A program made the translations under genes and the position numbers. The notes under the pieces were generated by a model, which was not told the DNA's origin, ran no database searches, and saw nothing but the letters and a program-made list of their open reading frames with translations. Shown piece after piece: positions 8,790 through 18,741 of a stretch of 64,000 nucleotides of DNA (the stretch's first letter is position 1; each line of letters begins with the position of its first letter). The DNA is from Syntrophales bacterium (GTDB lineage: Bacteria; Desulfobacterota; Syntrophia; Syntrophales; UBA5619): NCBI GenBank assembly GCA_023229765.1, contig JALNYO010000001.1, positions 322,993 to 386,992 of the forward strand, given 5' to 3'.

Positions 8790-9446
8790 ATGTCGGAAAA
8801 TATTAAAGAAAAAATTATCGATCTTCCCGGGATTTCGTTTGGAATGATTATTCAGATTCAGGCAGAAGGGTTGGGAATGTCCCACAGCCGCCTGATCGGC
8901 GTAGATTCCGGGGCGTTTCTTATAGTAAAAACTCCTCCCATAATCGATATAGCCACTAAACTATATGATAAGAATAAGATAGTTATCCGCTATTTTTCCG
9001 CTGGATGGGTTTATGCGTTTCGCTGCACTCTGCTTTCTCTGATCAAAGAACCATCGCGTTTGTCCATTCTTTCTTATCCTGAGAACATTGAAAAAATCAA
9101 TATCAGGAAACATGACCGGGTTGACTGCAATATCCCGGTTGAGATGATAATAGAAAAGAAAACATATAATGGCATTGTGACGAACATAAGCGCCGGCGGC
9201 CTATCTTTGGAGATTGCCAAAACAGGGGATGAGGAGGCGCCGCAATTGAATATCCAGGATGTTATTTCCCTGACGGTGCAGCGCGAGGCGGAGCAGGCTA
9301 CATCTTTAAAAACGATAGTCCGCAATATTAAAATAGAGCGGACCGTGATGAAAATTGGCATGGAGTTCTACGCTCAGGGTGCTTCACAGGGTGAAGGGCA
9401 GGGCGAAAAAAAGTGGCTGGAGGATTTAGTTTCTGAAAATCTGTGA
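8790..9446 (+). CDS. PilZ-domain c-di-GMP receptor, YcgR-like (flagellar brake type)
   Basis: RKHDR (RxxxR) followed by NISAGG (N/DxSxxG). The N-terminal half resembles the YcgR N-domain. Confidence 0.8.
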   Translation: MSENIKEKIIDLPGISFGMIIQIQAEGLGMSHSRLIGVDSGAFLIVKTPPIIDIATKLYDKNKIVIRYFSAGWVYAFRCTLLSLIKEPSRLSILSYPENIEKINIRKHDRVDCNIPVEMIIEKKTYNGIVTNISAGGLSLEIAKTGDEEAPQLNIQDVISLTVQREAEQATSLKTIVRNIKIERTVMKIGMEFYAQGASQGEGQGEKKWLEDLVSENL

Positions 9447-9504
9447 TTTTTTAAGCTGATTATAAATAAGCAGTATTCCTAATTTTTTTTCTTTGGGGGA
9501 GTTG

Positions 9505-10293
9505 ATGCGACTTAACGAATTATTCAGTTTGCGCGGCAAGACTGCGCTGGTTACAGGCGGAGGCCGGGGAATAGGGAAATTCATCGCCACAGGTTTTGCC
9601 GAAGCCGGCGCTGATCTGCTGCTCGTCTCTCGGAAGATGAAAAATCTGGAGGCGACGGCCTCGGCTTTGGCTGCTGAATTTGGAGTCAGGGCAATTCCCC
9701 TTGCCTGCGATGTTTCAAGTCCCGAAAATATTGAGGCGATGCTGCAAAAGGCGCGGGAGTATTTCCCGCGGATCGATATTCTTGTTAATAACGCGGGCGC
9801 TTCCTGGGGGGCGCCGACGCTGGAATTCCCCCTTGCTCAATGGGATCGCCTGTTCGATGTGAACGTGCGCGGGGTCTGGATGATAACCCAGAAGGTGGCG
9901 CAGCTTATGAAAGAGCAAGGCGGCGGCAATATCATCAACATCTCGTCTGTGATGGGTTTCCGGGGATCTGAAGAGCTGGTGCATCCGGCGGTTCCCTACA
10001 ACTCCACCAAGGCGGCGATCAACCTGCTGACGATGAACCTTGCCGTCAAGCTTGCGCCTTATCACATCCGCGTCAACGCGATTGCCCCCGGTTTTTTCCG
10101 GACCGACATGATGGCCTATATTGAAAAGCCGGAATTCAAGGCCGCCCATGACCTGACGCTGTCCGCCATTCCGCTCGGCCGCATCGGCGATATTGACGAC
10201 ATGAAGGGGCTCGCCGTTTTTCTTGCCTCCAACGCCTCCGCCTACATGACCGGGCAGATACTGATCAACGACGGCGGCATGCTTGCGAAATAG
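9505..10293 (+). CDS. SDR-family oxidoreductase
   Basis: TGGGRGIG glycine motif, NNAG, and YNSTK (YxxxK). The ORF is open from TTG 9493. Confidence 0.85.
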   Translation: MRLNELFSLRGKTALVTGGGRGIGKFIATGFAEAGADLLLVSRKMKNLEATASALAAEFGVRAIPLACDVSSPENIEAMLQKAREYFPRIDILVNNAGASWGAPTLEFPLAQWDRLFDVNVRGVWMITQKVAQLMKEQGGGNIINISSVMGFRGSEELVHPAVPYNSTKAAINLLTMNLAVKLAPYHIRVNAIAPGFFRTDMMAYIEKPEFKAAHDLTLSAIPLGRIGDIDDMKGLAVFLASNASAYMTGQILINDGGMLAK

Positions 10294-10471
10294 CAAAAAT
10301 AAAAATATCAATCACATCTTATGTTTTGTGCAATAATTGGGGATGGGTATAAGGATAATCCCCCATGACGGCATGCCGCCACAAAGCAGGATGAAAATTG
10401 GCGGGATGCGCTCCGTCGCGTCCGTGGCGGCTTTATAGGCATGAAGCTTCGCTTTCAGTTAAGGAGAAACA

Positions 10472-11296
10472 GTGAATAAAGAACCGACAGACGCCGCGAC
10501 CGTTGTTCTGCTTTCCAACCGATCTTCGGGCGGCTGCGAGATATTCCTTATGAAACGGGTGAAGAGCAGCACCTACCGGGAGGAAATTTATGTTTTCCCC
10601 GGCGGCCTGCTGGAGGAGGCCGATCTTGATCCGGAATTGGAGGGCTGCGCGGAGGAATTCAGTGGTGTAAAAGCGAAGCGTCTTCTCCAGGAACCTGATA
10701 TTTCTGAATCTTTGGCCCTTGGCCTGTTTATGGCGGCGATAAGGGAAACCTTTGAAGAAGCCGGGGTTCTGCTGGCGCGTGATTCCTCCGGGGGAGTCGT
10801 TGACCTGTTGGAACCGGATGCGGCCTCCCGTTTTGCCGGCTATCGCCGGGAAGTCTATCAGCGGCGGCTGTCCTTGAGCGAGTTGGCCAGAAGGGAGAAG
10901 CTGGTTTTTGCGCCTGATCTGCTTGTGCCCTATTCGCATTGGATCACCCCGGAGATTGTACCCCGGCGTTTCAATGCCCGCATCTTTCTAACATTCCTTC
11001 CTGCCGGTCAGAAGCCGGAGCATGACAATCTCGAATTGACGGATTCCTGCTGGCTAACCCCCGTGCGGGCGATTGCCGCATACAGCGCCCGCCGGATGTT
11101 CATGATGCCCCCCACCATAAGGACAATTGAGGAACTGAATGAATCCCCCGATGCCGAAGAATTATTCACGACATCCCGCAGTCGAAAAATAGAGGTCATC
11201 CTCCCCGAGGCGTTCCGGACGGCAGAGGGTTTAAAGGTGCGTCTGCCGGATGGTCGGGAATATTTCCCCGCGCCAAAGTCGCTGGAGGCAAACTGA
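10472..11296 (+). CDS. NUDIX hydrolase family protein
   Basis: Nudix-box-like segment GGLLEEADLD...AAIRETFEEAGVLL. GTG start preceded by AAGGAGA. Confidence 0.7.
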   Translation: MNKEPTDAATVVLLSNRSSGGCEIFLMKRVKSSTYREEIYVFPGGLLEEADLDPELEGCAEEFSGVKAKRLLQEPDISESLALGLFMAAIRETFEEAGVLLARDSSGGVVDLLEPDAASRFAGYRREVYQRRLSLSELARREKLVFAPDLLVPYSHWITPEIVPRRFNARIFLTFLPAGQKPEHDNLELTDSCWLTPVRAIAAYSARRMFMMPPTIRTIEELNESPDAEELFTTSRSRKIEVILPEAFRTAEGLKVRLPDGREYFPAPKSLEAN

Positions 11297-11394
11297 GCCC
11301 CGGATGTGCAAGCGCGAAGACGTAGCGTGGCTTGAATTAAATATATTGTCCTCGGAATTGTTATGTGCCAGTAATCATTAGGAGGGGGCTACCC

Positions 11395-12528
11395 ATGAAA
11401 AGGGGCCGGGATTTCTTCTTTGCTGCTTTTTCCGTCGCGCTGCTGGTTTTTTTGACGATCCTGTTTTCCTCGTGTCAAAGGGAAAAGCCGCAAATTAAAA
11501 TCGGTTTCGCCGGCGGTCTGACCGGTCGCTATTCTGATCTTGGAACTGCGGGTAGAAACGGGGCGAATCTTGCCGTCGAGGAGATCAACCAAACGGGCGG
11601 CATCAGAGGTCGTCAGGTTTTGCTGATTTCAAAAGATGACAAGCAGGATGAGTAGACGGCCGTCCGGGTGGATCGGGAACTGATCGCGGAGGGGGCAGTG
11701 GCGATCATTGGTCACATGACAAGCTCCATGTCGGTAGCCGCCCTGCCGCTGATGAACGAAAAGGGGATTGTGCTGCTCAGCCCGACGTCCACCACGAATG
11801 TTTTGAACGGCAAAGACGATTTTTTTATCAGGCTTGAGCCTGCCAATAAAAAGCAGACGGAGGATCTGGTTGTCTACGCATCTAAAAAGATGAGACTTAA
11901 AAGGATTGCGGCTGTTTACGATCTTTCCAACCAGAGTTACACTGAAGATTATTTCCGTCTTTTTTCTTCGCTTTTCAGGGAGCTTGGGGGAGAAATTGTT
12001 GCGGTTGAGACTTACAAAAGCACCGCTGGTTTCTCTTTTGCAAAGATTGCATCCCGACTGCTGAAGAACAAACCGGAGGGAATTTTATTAATAGCAAATG
12101 CCCTTGACGCCGCCGACTTTTGTCAGCAGATCAGAAAAGCCGGTTCGCGGGCCGTCATTCTTTCTTCCGGATGGGCGATGACGGAGAGTTTTTTAAGCAA
12201 TGGCGGAAAGGCTGTGGAAGGTGTTGTTTTTGACAATTTGATAAACGTTAACAGCCGCAATCAAAGATATATTTGGTTCAAAAACAGTTATAAGCTCCGT
12301 TTTGGAGAATATCCGGGTTTCGGCGCCGTTCATGGTTACGAGGCGGCCCGCCTGCTTTTGGACGCGCTCAAGGTAAACGAAGATCCGAAACGATTGAAGG
12401 AAACAATTCTCGGGCTTAAAGGGGTTTATGGATTATTCGGTGATTTCAGGCTTGATCGTTTTGGCGACGCCGAAAGGGATTTTTTTATAATGTCTGTAAA
12501 GGGCGGACATTTTCAACAGTTGGAGTAA
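11395..12528 (+). pseudogene. LivJ/Peripla_BP_6-type ABC substrate-binding lipoprotein interrupted by one in-frame TAG (11653-11655)
   Basis: AGGAGG then ATG 11395. Signal peptide plus lipobox LFSSC. ORFs 11365..11655 and 11668..12528 are in the same frame. The TAG falls inside the conserved DDxxDxxxA...GAVAIIGH region. Confidence 0.7.
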
Positions 12529-12531
12529 GCT

Positions 12532-15500
12532 ATGCGCAGCCGTTTTACAATCAGAAAAGCCTTGACGTTAAACTTCATCCTTGTGGCCATTCTGCCCCTG
12601 GCGCTGGTCGGCGCCATCGCTCTCCAGATATTTTCCAGAACCATGGAACAGGATATATCCAATAGAAACATACAGATTGCCCTTGCACTGTCGGGAGAAA
12701 TAGACAGATTCATCGCCGAACCGCTCCGGGTTCTGGCGCTTGTCAACGACCGCACCGGATACACGCGGCAGGGCGTCAATCCTGATGATTTTCTGCGCCT
12801 GCTGCAGGGTCGGTTCGATGTTTTTGAACGGATTGAATTAGTCGATCGGCAGGGTAGAATAGGATATACGGGGCCTTTGCAAAAGGAGCGGATAAACACG
12901 GATATATCCGGACAGCCCTTTTTCAGGGAAGCGCTGGCAACGGGGCAGGTCGTCTTTTCGGATACCTTCCCCTCTTTGTTTACCGGTTTGCCGACAATCG
13001 CCGTGGCCCTGCCCGGGAAAGAGACGGTTGCCATCGGCTATATCAACCTTGCCGCACTTAAAGGCATTATCAATAAGGTCAGCATAGGAAAGAAAGGTTA
13101 TGCCGTCGTATTCGACCGGCTCGGCAACATCATCGCCCATCCCGAACAGCGGCTTGTTGACGAGCGGGTAAACATTAAGCAGGTCGAACCGGTCAGGCGG
13201 GCCTTAAACGGTGAAACCGGAACCTTTCCCTACAGTTTCCAAAATCAGCAAAAAATTGGCAGCACGGCGATCGCCTACGCCACCGGTTGGGGGGTGTTGA
13301 TAGCCCAGTCTGAGGAAGATGCTTTTGGCAAGATTGCGGAAATAAGAACTATTTACCTGACGAGTATGGCCGTTACTATCATTCTGGCATTGCTTTTAGC
13401 CGCTCTGGTTTTGAAAAAGCCCCTGCGTTCCGTGTCCGGTCTGGTTGCTGCCGCGGGAAAGATTGCCGAAGGAGACTACCGACTCGAAGATGTGCCGCCC
13501 AGTTATCCGGAAATAGATTTGCTGGTGGACGGATTCAAAGGGATGGTCGAGGAAATTGCCAATCGTGAGAATGCCTTATTGAAAACAGAAGAAAGATACC
13601 GGAATCTTGTCGAGGGGAGCTTTGACGGGATATTCGTCCAGAAGGGCCTGAAGATAATCTTCGTCAATCATCGCTTTTGCGAGATGCTGGGCTACGAAGA
13701 AAATGAGCTGCTCGGGGAGGAGCATTGGCGCATCTATGCTCCCGAATATCGCGAAATTACAAAGGAGAGAGCCATAGCGCGCCTGAAAGGCGAGGTTGTG
13801 ACGCCGCGCTATGAGGTAAAACTGCTGCGTAAAGACGGATCTTCGTTTGCGGGGGAGATCTCGGCCCGGGTTATAAAGATCGAAAATAAGCCGGGCATTC
13901 AGGTCTGGGTAAGGGACCTCTCGGAGCAGAAGCGCGTGGAGGCTCAGCAAGCGCTTTCCGAACAGCGTTTTGGCGATCTATACAATGCCGTCTCCGATTT
14001 TGTCATGACGCAGGACCTCCAGGGTCGTTTTCTTTCCGTGAACAGGGCTATGTGTGATGCTCTCGGTTTTTCCCGCCAGGAATTCATCAATTCGCAGGTT
14101 TCCGATTTCATGAAACCGGAAATGGTTCCGCTTTTTGAAGCCGAATACCTGTGCAACCTCAAGGAACATGGCCATTATGAGGGGACAGCCGCCTATTTTA
14201 CCAAAGATAAGCGCAAGATATACCTCGAGTACAAAAGCGATCTTATCCGTCCCCCGCAGGGTAAGCCTTTTATCAGTGGCATCGCCCGGGATGTCACCGA
14301 ACGTATTCTTGCCGGCAGGGCGATCCGGAAAAGCGAGGAAAATATGCGGGCGGTGCTGGATGCCTCCCCCAATCCGATCGTGGCTTACGATCCGGTCGGT
14401 CGTGTTCGTTTTATCAACAGGGCTTTTACCAACATTTTCGGTTGGACGCTGGACGATTTGCAGGGAAAACCGATTCCTTTTGTACCGGATGATCAGAGGG
14501 ACAAAACAGAGGGGCCCATCAGGGAACTGTTCAGCAGGAAAGAGCCGGCGCCTATAACGATGGAGACAACGCGTCTGACCAAGGATGGAACAATTCTGGA
14601 TATTTATGTAAGCGCCGCGTTGATCCTCGACTCGAAGGGAGAGCCGGCGGGGATGGTTGTTTCGCTTTCGGATATAACGCAGAAGAAGAAGATGGAGGCG
14701 AATCTTCAGCAGGCGCAGAAGATGGAGGCCATAGGTCTCCTTGCCGGCGGCATTGCCCATGATTTCAACAACATGCTGATGGGAATCCAGGGGAATGTTT
14801 CGCTTGCCCTCCTCAATGTGGGCTTGGATGACAGGCTGCGCCGGAACATCGAAAACATCGAAGCGCTGGTGGGCAGGGGGGCAAGCCTGACGCGACAGCT
14901 TCTCGGGTTTGCCCGGGGCGGGAAGTACGAGGTCAAGCAACATGATTTCAGTGAGATACTGAAGGAAGAGGGGGAGCTTTTTGGCGACACCAGAAAAGAC
15001 ATAGTGATAGAGATAAAGTCTGCGCCGGATCTATGGAAGGTAGAGGCTGATCGCTCCCAGATGGAGCAGGTGTTGATGAATCTCTTCGTCAATGCCGGTC
15101 AGGCGATGCCGACCGGGGGCCATCTTTATCTGAATGCCGGAAATGTCATTATTGATGATAATTTTGTAAGGCCCTTCGATATCAGAACCGGCAGGTATGT
15201 TATGTTTTCAGTGATGGACACGGGTCAGGGAATGGACGAAGCCACGAAAAAAAGGATATTTGAGCCGTTTTTTACAACCCGGGAAAGGGGAGAAGGCACC
15301 GGGCTTGGCCTTGCCTCCGTTTACGGGATAATTAAAAATCATGGCGGCTTTATTAACGTTTACAGTGAAACAGGCAAGGGCACGTCCTTTAATATTTACC
15401 TGCCGGCAAGCAATTCCGGGACGGCAAAAATTGAACCGGCGTCCGGAAGAGAAGCGGGACTTATCAGAGGAGAGGGAACTATCCTCTTGGTCGATGACGA

Positions 15501-15858
15501 GCAGATGATTCTGGATGTAGGAAAAGTGATGCTGGAAGCCATGGGGTATAAGGTTTTCACCGCCGCCGGCGGCAGTGAAGCTATCGCAAAATTCACCGCC
15601 GTCAAAAACGGGGTCGGGGAGGTGGAAAAGATCGATCTGGTCATTCAGGATATGATTATGCCGGAAATGGGGGGTGGCGCTGTTTTTGACCGCTTGAAGG
15701 AGATCGAGCCGAATGTACAGGTACTCCTTTCCAGCGGCTACAGCATCAACGGCCAGGCCAAGGAGATACTCGCCCGCGGCTGTCGGGGTTTCCTGCAGAA
15801 GCCGTTTTCGATGGAGGCGCTGAGCCGCAAGGTGTCTGAGGTTATGAAGGCTCCGTGA
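12532..15858 (+). CDS. Hybrid sensor histidine kinase (periplasmic Cache-like domain, HAMP, about three PAS, HisKA, HATPase, receiver)
   Basis: TM-flanked extracytoplasmic domain, PAS-like repeats, HDFNNMLMGIQG (H-box), GTGLGLASVYG (G2 box), and a C-terminal ILLVDDE...QDMIMPEMGG receiver. Confidence 0.9.
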   Translation: MRSRFTIRKALTLNFILVAILPLALVGAIALQIFSRTMEQDISNRNIQIALALSGEIDRFIAEPLRVLALVNDRTGYTRQGVNPDDFLRLLQGRFDVFERIELVDRQGRIGYTGPLQKERINTDISGQPFFREALATGQVVFSDTFPSLFTGLPTIAVALPGKETVAIGYINLAALKGIINKVSIGKKGYAVVFDRLGNIIAHPEQRLVDERVNIKQVEPVRRALNGETGTFPYSFQNQQKIGSTAIAYATGWGVLIAQSEEDAFGKIAEIRTIYLTSMAVTIILALLLAALVLKKPLRSVSGLVAAAGKIAEGDYRLEDVPPSYPEIDLLVDGFKGMVEEIANRENALLKTEERYRNLVEGSFDGIFVQKGLKIIFVNHRFCEMLGYEENELLGEEHWRIYAPEYREITKERAIARLKGEVVTPRYEVKLLRKDGSSFAGEISARVIKIENKPGIQVWVRDLSEQKRVEAQQALSEQRFGDLYNAVSDFVMTQDLQGRFLSVNRAMCDALGFSRQEFINSQVSDFMKPEMVPLFEAEYLCNLKEHGHYEGTAAYFTKDKRKIYLEYKSDLIRPPQGKPFISGIARDVTERILAGRAIRKSEENMRAVLDASPNPIVAYDPVGRVRFINRAFTNIFGWTLDDLQGKPIPFVPDDQRDKTEGPIRELFSRKEPAPITMETTRLTKDGTILDIYVSAALILDSKGEPAGMVVSLSDITQKKKMEANLQQAQKMEAIGLLAGGIAHDFNNMLMGIQGNVSLALLNVGLDDRLRRNIENIEALVGRGASLTRQLLGFARGGKYEVKQHDFSEILKEEGELFGDTRKDIVIEIKSAPDLWKVEADRSQMEQVLMNLFVNAGQAMPTGGHLYLNAGNVIIDDNFVRPFDIRTGRYVMFSVMDTGQGMDEATKKRIFEPFFTTRERGEGTGLGLASVYGIIKNHGGFINVYSETGKGTSFNIYLPASNSGTAKIEPASGREAGLIRGEGTILLVDDEQMILDVGKVMLEAMGYKVFTAAGGSEAIAKFTAVKNGVGEVEKIDLVIQDMIMPEMGGGAVFDRLKEIEPNVQVLLSSGYSINGQAKEILARGCRGFLQKPFSMEALSRKVSEVMKAP

Positions 15859-15901
15859 AATTACGGTAAGTGAAGGCTTTGGATATCTATCAGGTTATTG
15901 T

Positions 15902-15925
15902 GGGAGCGGGTTTCAAACCCGCCCC
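15902..15925. terminator. GC-rich palindromic hairpin between convergent genes (REP-like / bidirectional terminator candidate)
   Basis: GGGAGCGGGTTTCAAACCCGCCCC is a near-perfect inverted repeat. It lies between the kinase stop (15858) and the ppdK stop (15988). Confidence 0.5.
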
Positions 15926-15987
15926 TACAATTTTCATATAAACCCGCAAGGTTGCCACGGCGCTGTGTGCCTCGCAATGGCAGGAGA

Positions 15988-18717
15988 TTATGTTGCCGCT
16001 TTCCCGGCCTTTATCGCCGCCTGGGCGGCGGCGAGGCGGGCGATCGGCACCCGGAACGGGGAGCAGCTCACATAGGTGAGGCCCAGTTCGTAACAGAACT
16101 CGACGGATGCCGGGTCTCCTCCGTGCTCGCCGCAGATGCCTATCTTGAGATTCGGGCGAGTCGCACGTCCTCTTTCGACGGATATCTTGATCAACTGGCC
16201 GACGCCGTCGCGGTCGATCGTCTGGAACGGATCGGCGGGGAGGAGTTTTTTGTCAAGGTAATCATGCATGAAGCCACCGATGTCATCGCGGCTGAAGCCG
16301 AAGGTCATCTGGGTCAGGTCGTTGGTGCCGAACGAGAAGAATTCGCAGTTCTTCGCCATCCGGTCGGAAAGCAGCGCGGCGCGAGGGATCTCGATCATCG
16401 TGCCGTATTTGTACTCCAGTTCCTTCATCCCGAATTTTTCTATGACCTCCTTGTAGATGCGGTCGGTTACCTTCTTGGTCTCTTCGGTCTCGGAGACGTC
16501 GCAGGTGACAGGCACCATGATCTCCGGCAGGCATTTTCTGCCTTCCGCGATAAGTTCGGCCGCCGACTCGAAGATCGCGCGCACCTGCATCTCGGTGACT
16601 TCCGGATAGGTGATGCCGAGGCGAACCCCGCGGTGCCCCATCATCGGGTTTGATTCGTGGAGTTCCTCGCCCCGTTTTTTTACCTCCTCCGGGGTTATCG
16701 AAAGCGAGCGGGCAAGCTCTGCCTGCTTTTCGGCGCCCTGCGGCACGAATTCGTGCAGCGGCGGGTCGAGGAGCCTGATTGTTACCGGGAGCCCCTCCAT
16801 AGCCGTAAGCGTCCCTTTTATGGAGGCCTTGACGAATGGATAAAGCTCGTTCAGGGCGGCTTTTCTTTCTTCCTTAGTATTGCTCAAAATCATCTTGCGC
16901 AGGAAGAAGAGGGGCTCAGCGGAGCCTTCGCCATAGAACATGTGCTCGGTGCGCAAAAGCCCGATCCCCTCGGCGCCGAAGGCGCGGGCGACCGTGGCGT
17001 CCCGCGGGGTGTCGGCGTTGGTGCGGACGCCCATTGTGCGAAACTTGTCCGCGAGGGTCATGAACTGCTGGAAACGCGGGTTTTCGGTCGCATCCATCAT
17101 TGGGAGAGCGCCTATGTAAACATGGCCCCGCGTGCCGTTCAGCGTGACGATGTCGCCTTCTTTCAAGACGATAGAGGAACCGCTGATTTTTGCGGTCTTG
17201 GTTTTGGCATCCACCTGCAGGCTGCCGGCGCCGACGATGCAGCATTTTCCCCAGCCGCGGGCAACGAGGGCCGCGTGCGAGGTCATGCCGCCCCGGGCGG
17301 TGAGGATGCCGACTGCCGCGCGCATTCCTTCGACGTCCTCCGGGTTTGTCTCTTCGCGGATAAGGATGCACTTCCTGCCGGCCCGGGCGGAGGTAACTGC
17401 GTCTTCGGCGGTGAAGACAAGAGCCCCGGATGCCGCTCCCGGCCCGGCCGGAAGCCCCTTGGCAATAGCTGCGTGTCCCGCTTCGGTACTAGTGTCGATT
17501 ATCGGATAGAGCAGCTCAACCAACTGCACCGGGGCAACGCGCGTAACGGCTGTTTTTTCGTCAATGAGTCCCGCCTCAAGCATATCGAGGGCCATGTTCA
17601 GGGCGGCAACGCCGGTGCGTTTGCCGACGCGGCACTGGAGCATCCAGAGTTTTCCCTCCTGGATGGTGAATTCGATATCGAGCATATCTCTGTAATTATT
17701 TTCCAGCTTATTGCGGATGTCGTCGAGCTCCCCGTAGGTTTCCGGCATGGCGTGCTGGAGGCTGACAAGGTGCTTGTTCTGTTCGTTTTTGGTGTCGTCG
17801 TTGATCGGACTCGGGGTGCGGATCCCGGCGACGACGTCTTCGCCCTGGGCGTTGACGAGCCACTCGCCGTAGAACTTGTTGTCCCCGGTGGCGGGGTCGC
17901 GGGTGAAGGCCACCCCCGTTGCGGAAGAGTCACCCATGTTGCCGAAGACCATTGCCTGGACGTTGACGGCGGTTCCCCAGTCGTCCGGGATGCCCTCTAT
18001 CCGCCTGTAAGAAATGGCCTTTTTCCCATTCCAGCTCTTGAAGACCGCCGCGATTGCCCCCCACAACTGCTCCAGCGGGTCATCGGGAAAGGGTTTGCCA
18101 AGGTGTTTTTCGATCAGTTTCTTGAAGTCTTCCGCGAGTTTCTGAAGTTCCTCGGCAGTAAGCTCCGTATCGGACAAGTAGCCTCGGCGGTGTTTTGCCT
18201 CGTCGAGTTTTTCATCGAGCAGCTTGCGGATGCCCTTTCCCGCTGCCGGTTCCAGCCCTTCCGCCTTTTCCATGACGACGTCGGCGTACATCATGATGAG
18301 CCTGCGGTAAGAATCCCAGACGAATCGAGGGTTTCCGGTCTTGGCAATCATCCCGGGGATGGTCGCGGTGCAGAGTCCCACATTCAAAACGGTGTCCATC
18401 ATGCCGGGCATTGAGGAGCGCGCCCCGGAGCGGCAGGAGACGAGCAGCGGATTGACCGGGTCTCCGTATTTCATCGCCATGATCGCCTCTGTTTGCCTGA
18501 GGGCGGCGGGAACCTGTTCGTTCAGCTCTCCGGGAAGTTTGCAGTCATTTTCGTAATAGGCGGTGCAGCACTCTGTGCTGATTGTGAAGCCCGCCGGCAC
18601 GGAAATCCCCAGCGCGCACATCTCAGCGAGATTGGCGCCCTTGCCGCCCAAAAGGTTCTTGTCGCTTGCCTTGCCCTCGGCGCCGCCGCCGCCGAACGTG
18701 AATACGTACTTCGTCAT
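15988..18717 (-). CDS. ppdK: Pyruvate, phosphate dikinase
   Basis: 909 aa. N-terminus YVFTFGGG...LLGGKGANLAEM, GGMTSHAALVARG phosphohistidine motif, and a C-terminal PEP-utilising TIM-barrel pattern. Confidence 0.95.
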   Translation of the reverse strand: MTKYVFTFGGGGAEGKASDKNLLGGKGANLAEMCALGISVPAGFTISTECCTAYYENDCKLPGELNEQVPAALRQTEAIMAMKYGDPVNPLLVSCRSGARSSMPGMMDTVLNVGLCTATIPGMIAKTGNPRFVWDSYRRLIMMYADVVMEKAEGLEPAAGKGIRKLLDEKLDEAKHRRGYLSDTELTAEELQKLAEDFKKLIEKHLGKPFPDDPLEQLWGAIAAVFKSWNGKKAISYRRIEGIPDDWGTAVNVQAMVFGNMGDSSATGVAFTRDPATGDNKFYGEWLVNAQGEDVVAGIRTPSPINDDTKNEQNKHLVSLQHAMPETYGELDDIRNKLENNYRDMLDIEFTIQEGKLWMLQCRVGKRTGVAALNMALDMLEAGLIDEKTAVTRVAPVQLVELLYPIIDTSTEAGHAAIAKGLPAGPGAASGALVFTAEDAVTSARAGRKCILIREETNPEDVEGMRAAVGILTARGGMTSHAALVARGWGKCCIVGAGSLQVDAKTKTAKISGSSIVLKEGDIVTLNGTRGHVYIGALPMMDATENPRFQQFMTLADKFRTMGVRTNADTPRDATVARAFGAEGIGLLRTEHMFYGEGSAEPLFFLRKMILSNTKEERKAALNELYPFVKASIKGTLTAMEGLPVTIRLLDPPLHEFVPQGAEKQAELARSLSITPEEVKKRGEELHESNPMMGHRGVRLGITYPEVTEMQVRAIFESAAELIAEGRKCLPEIMVPVTCDVSETEETKKVTDRIYKEVIEKFGMKELEYKYGTMIEIPRAALLSDRMAKNCEFFSFGTNDLTQMTFGFSRDDIGGFMHDYLDKKLLPADPFQTIDRDGVGQLIKISVERGRATRPNLKIGICGEHGGDPASVEFCYELGLTYVSCSPFRVPIARLAAAQAAIKAGKAAT

Positions 18718-18741
18718 GCAGAATCTCCTTTTCTCTATATT

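Noticed and set aside
11653-11655. Reading the in-frame TAG as pyrrolysine
   Set aside because: This is a single occurrence in a protein family with no known Pyl usage. No pyl genes or methylamine methyltransferases are in the window, so a nonsense mutation or sequencing error is more parsimonious.
13978-14943. 321-aa minus-strand ORF inside the hybrid kinase gene
   Set aside because: It is antisense to well-supported PAS/HisKA coding sequence and has no motifs.
16657-18414. 585-aa plus-strand ORF (and 15898..16653) antisense to ppdK
   Set aside because: It lies entirely inside the strongly supported ppdK gene. The composition is Arg/Gly/Ala/Pro-rich and low in complexity, typical of shadow ORFs in GC-rich DNA, and no family signature is present.
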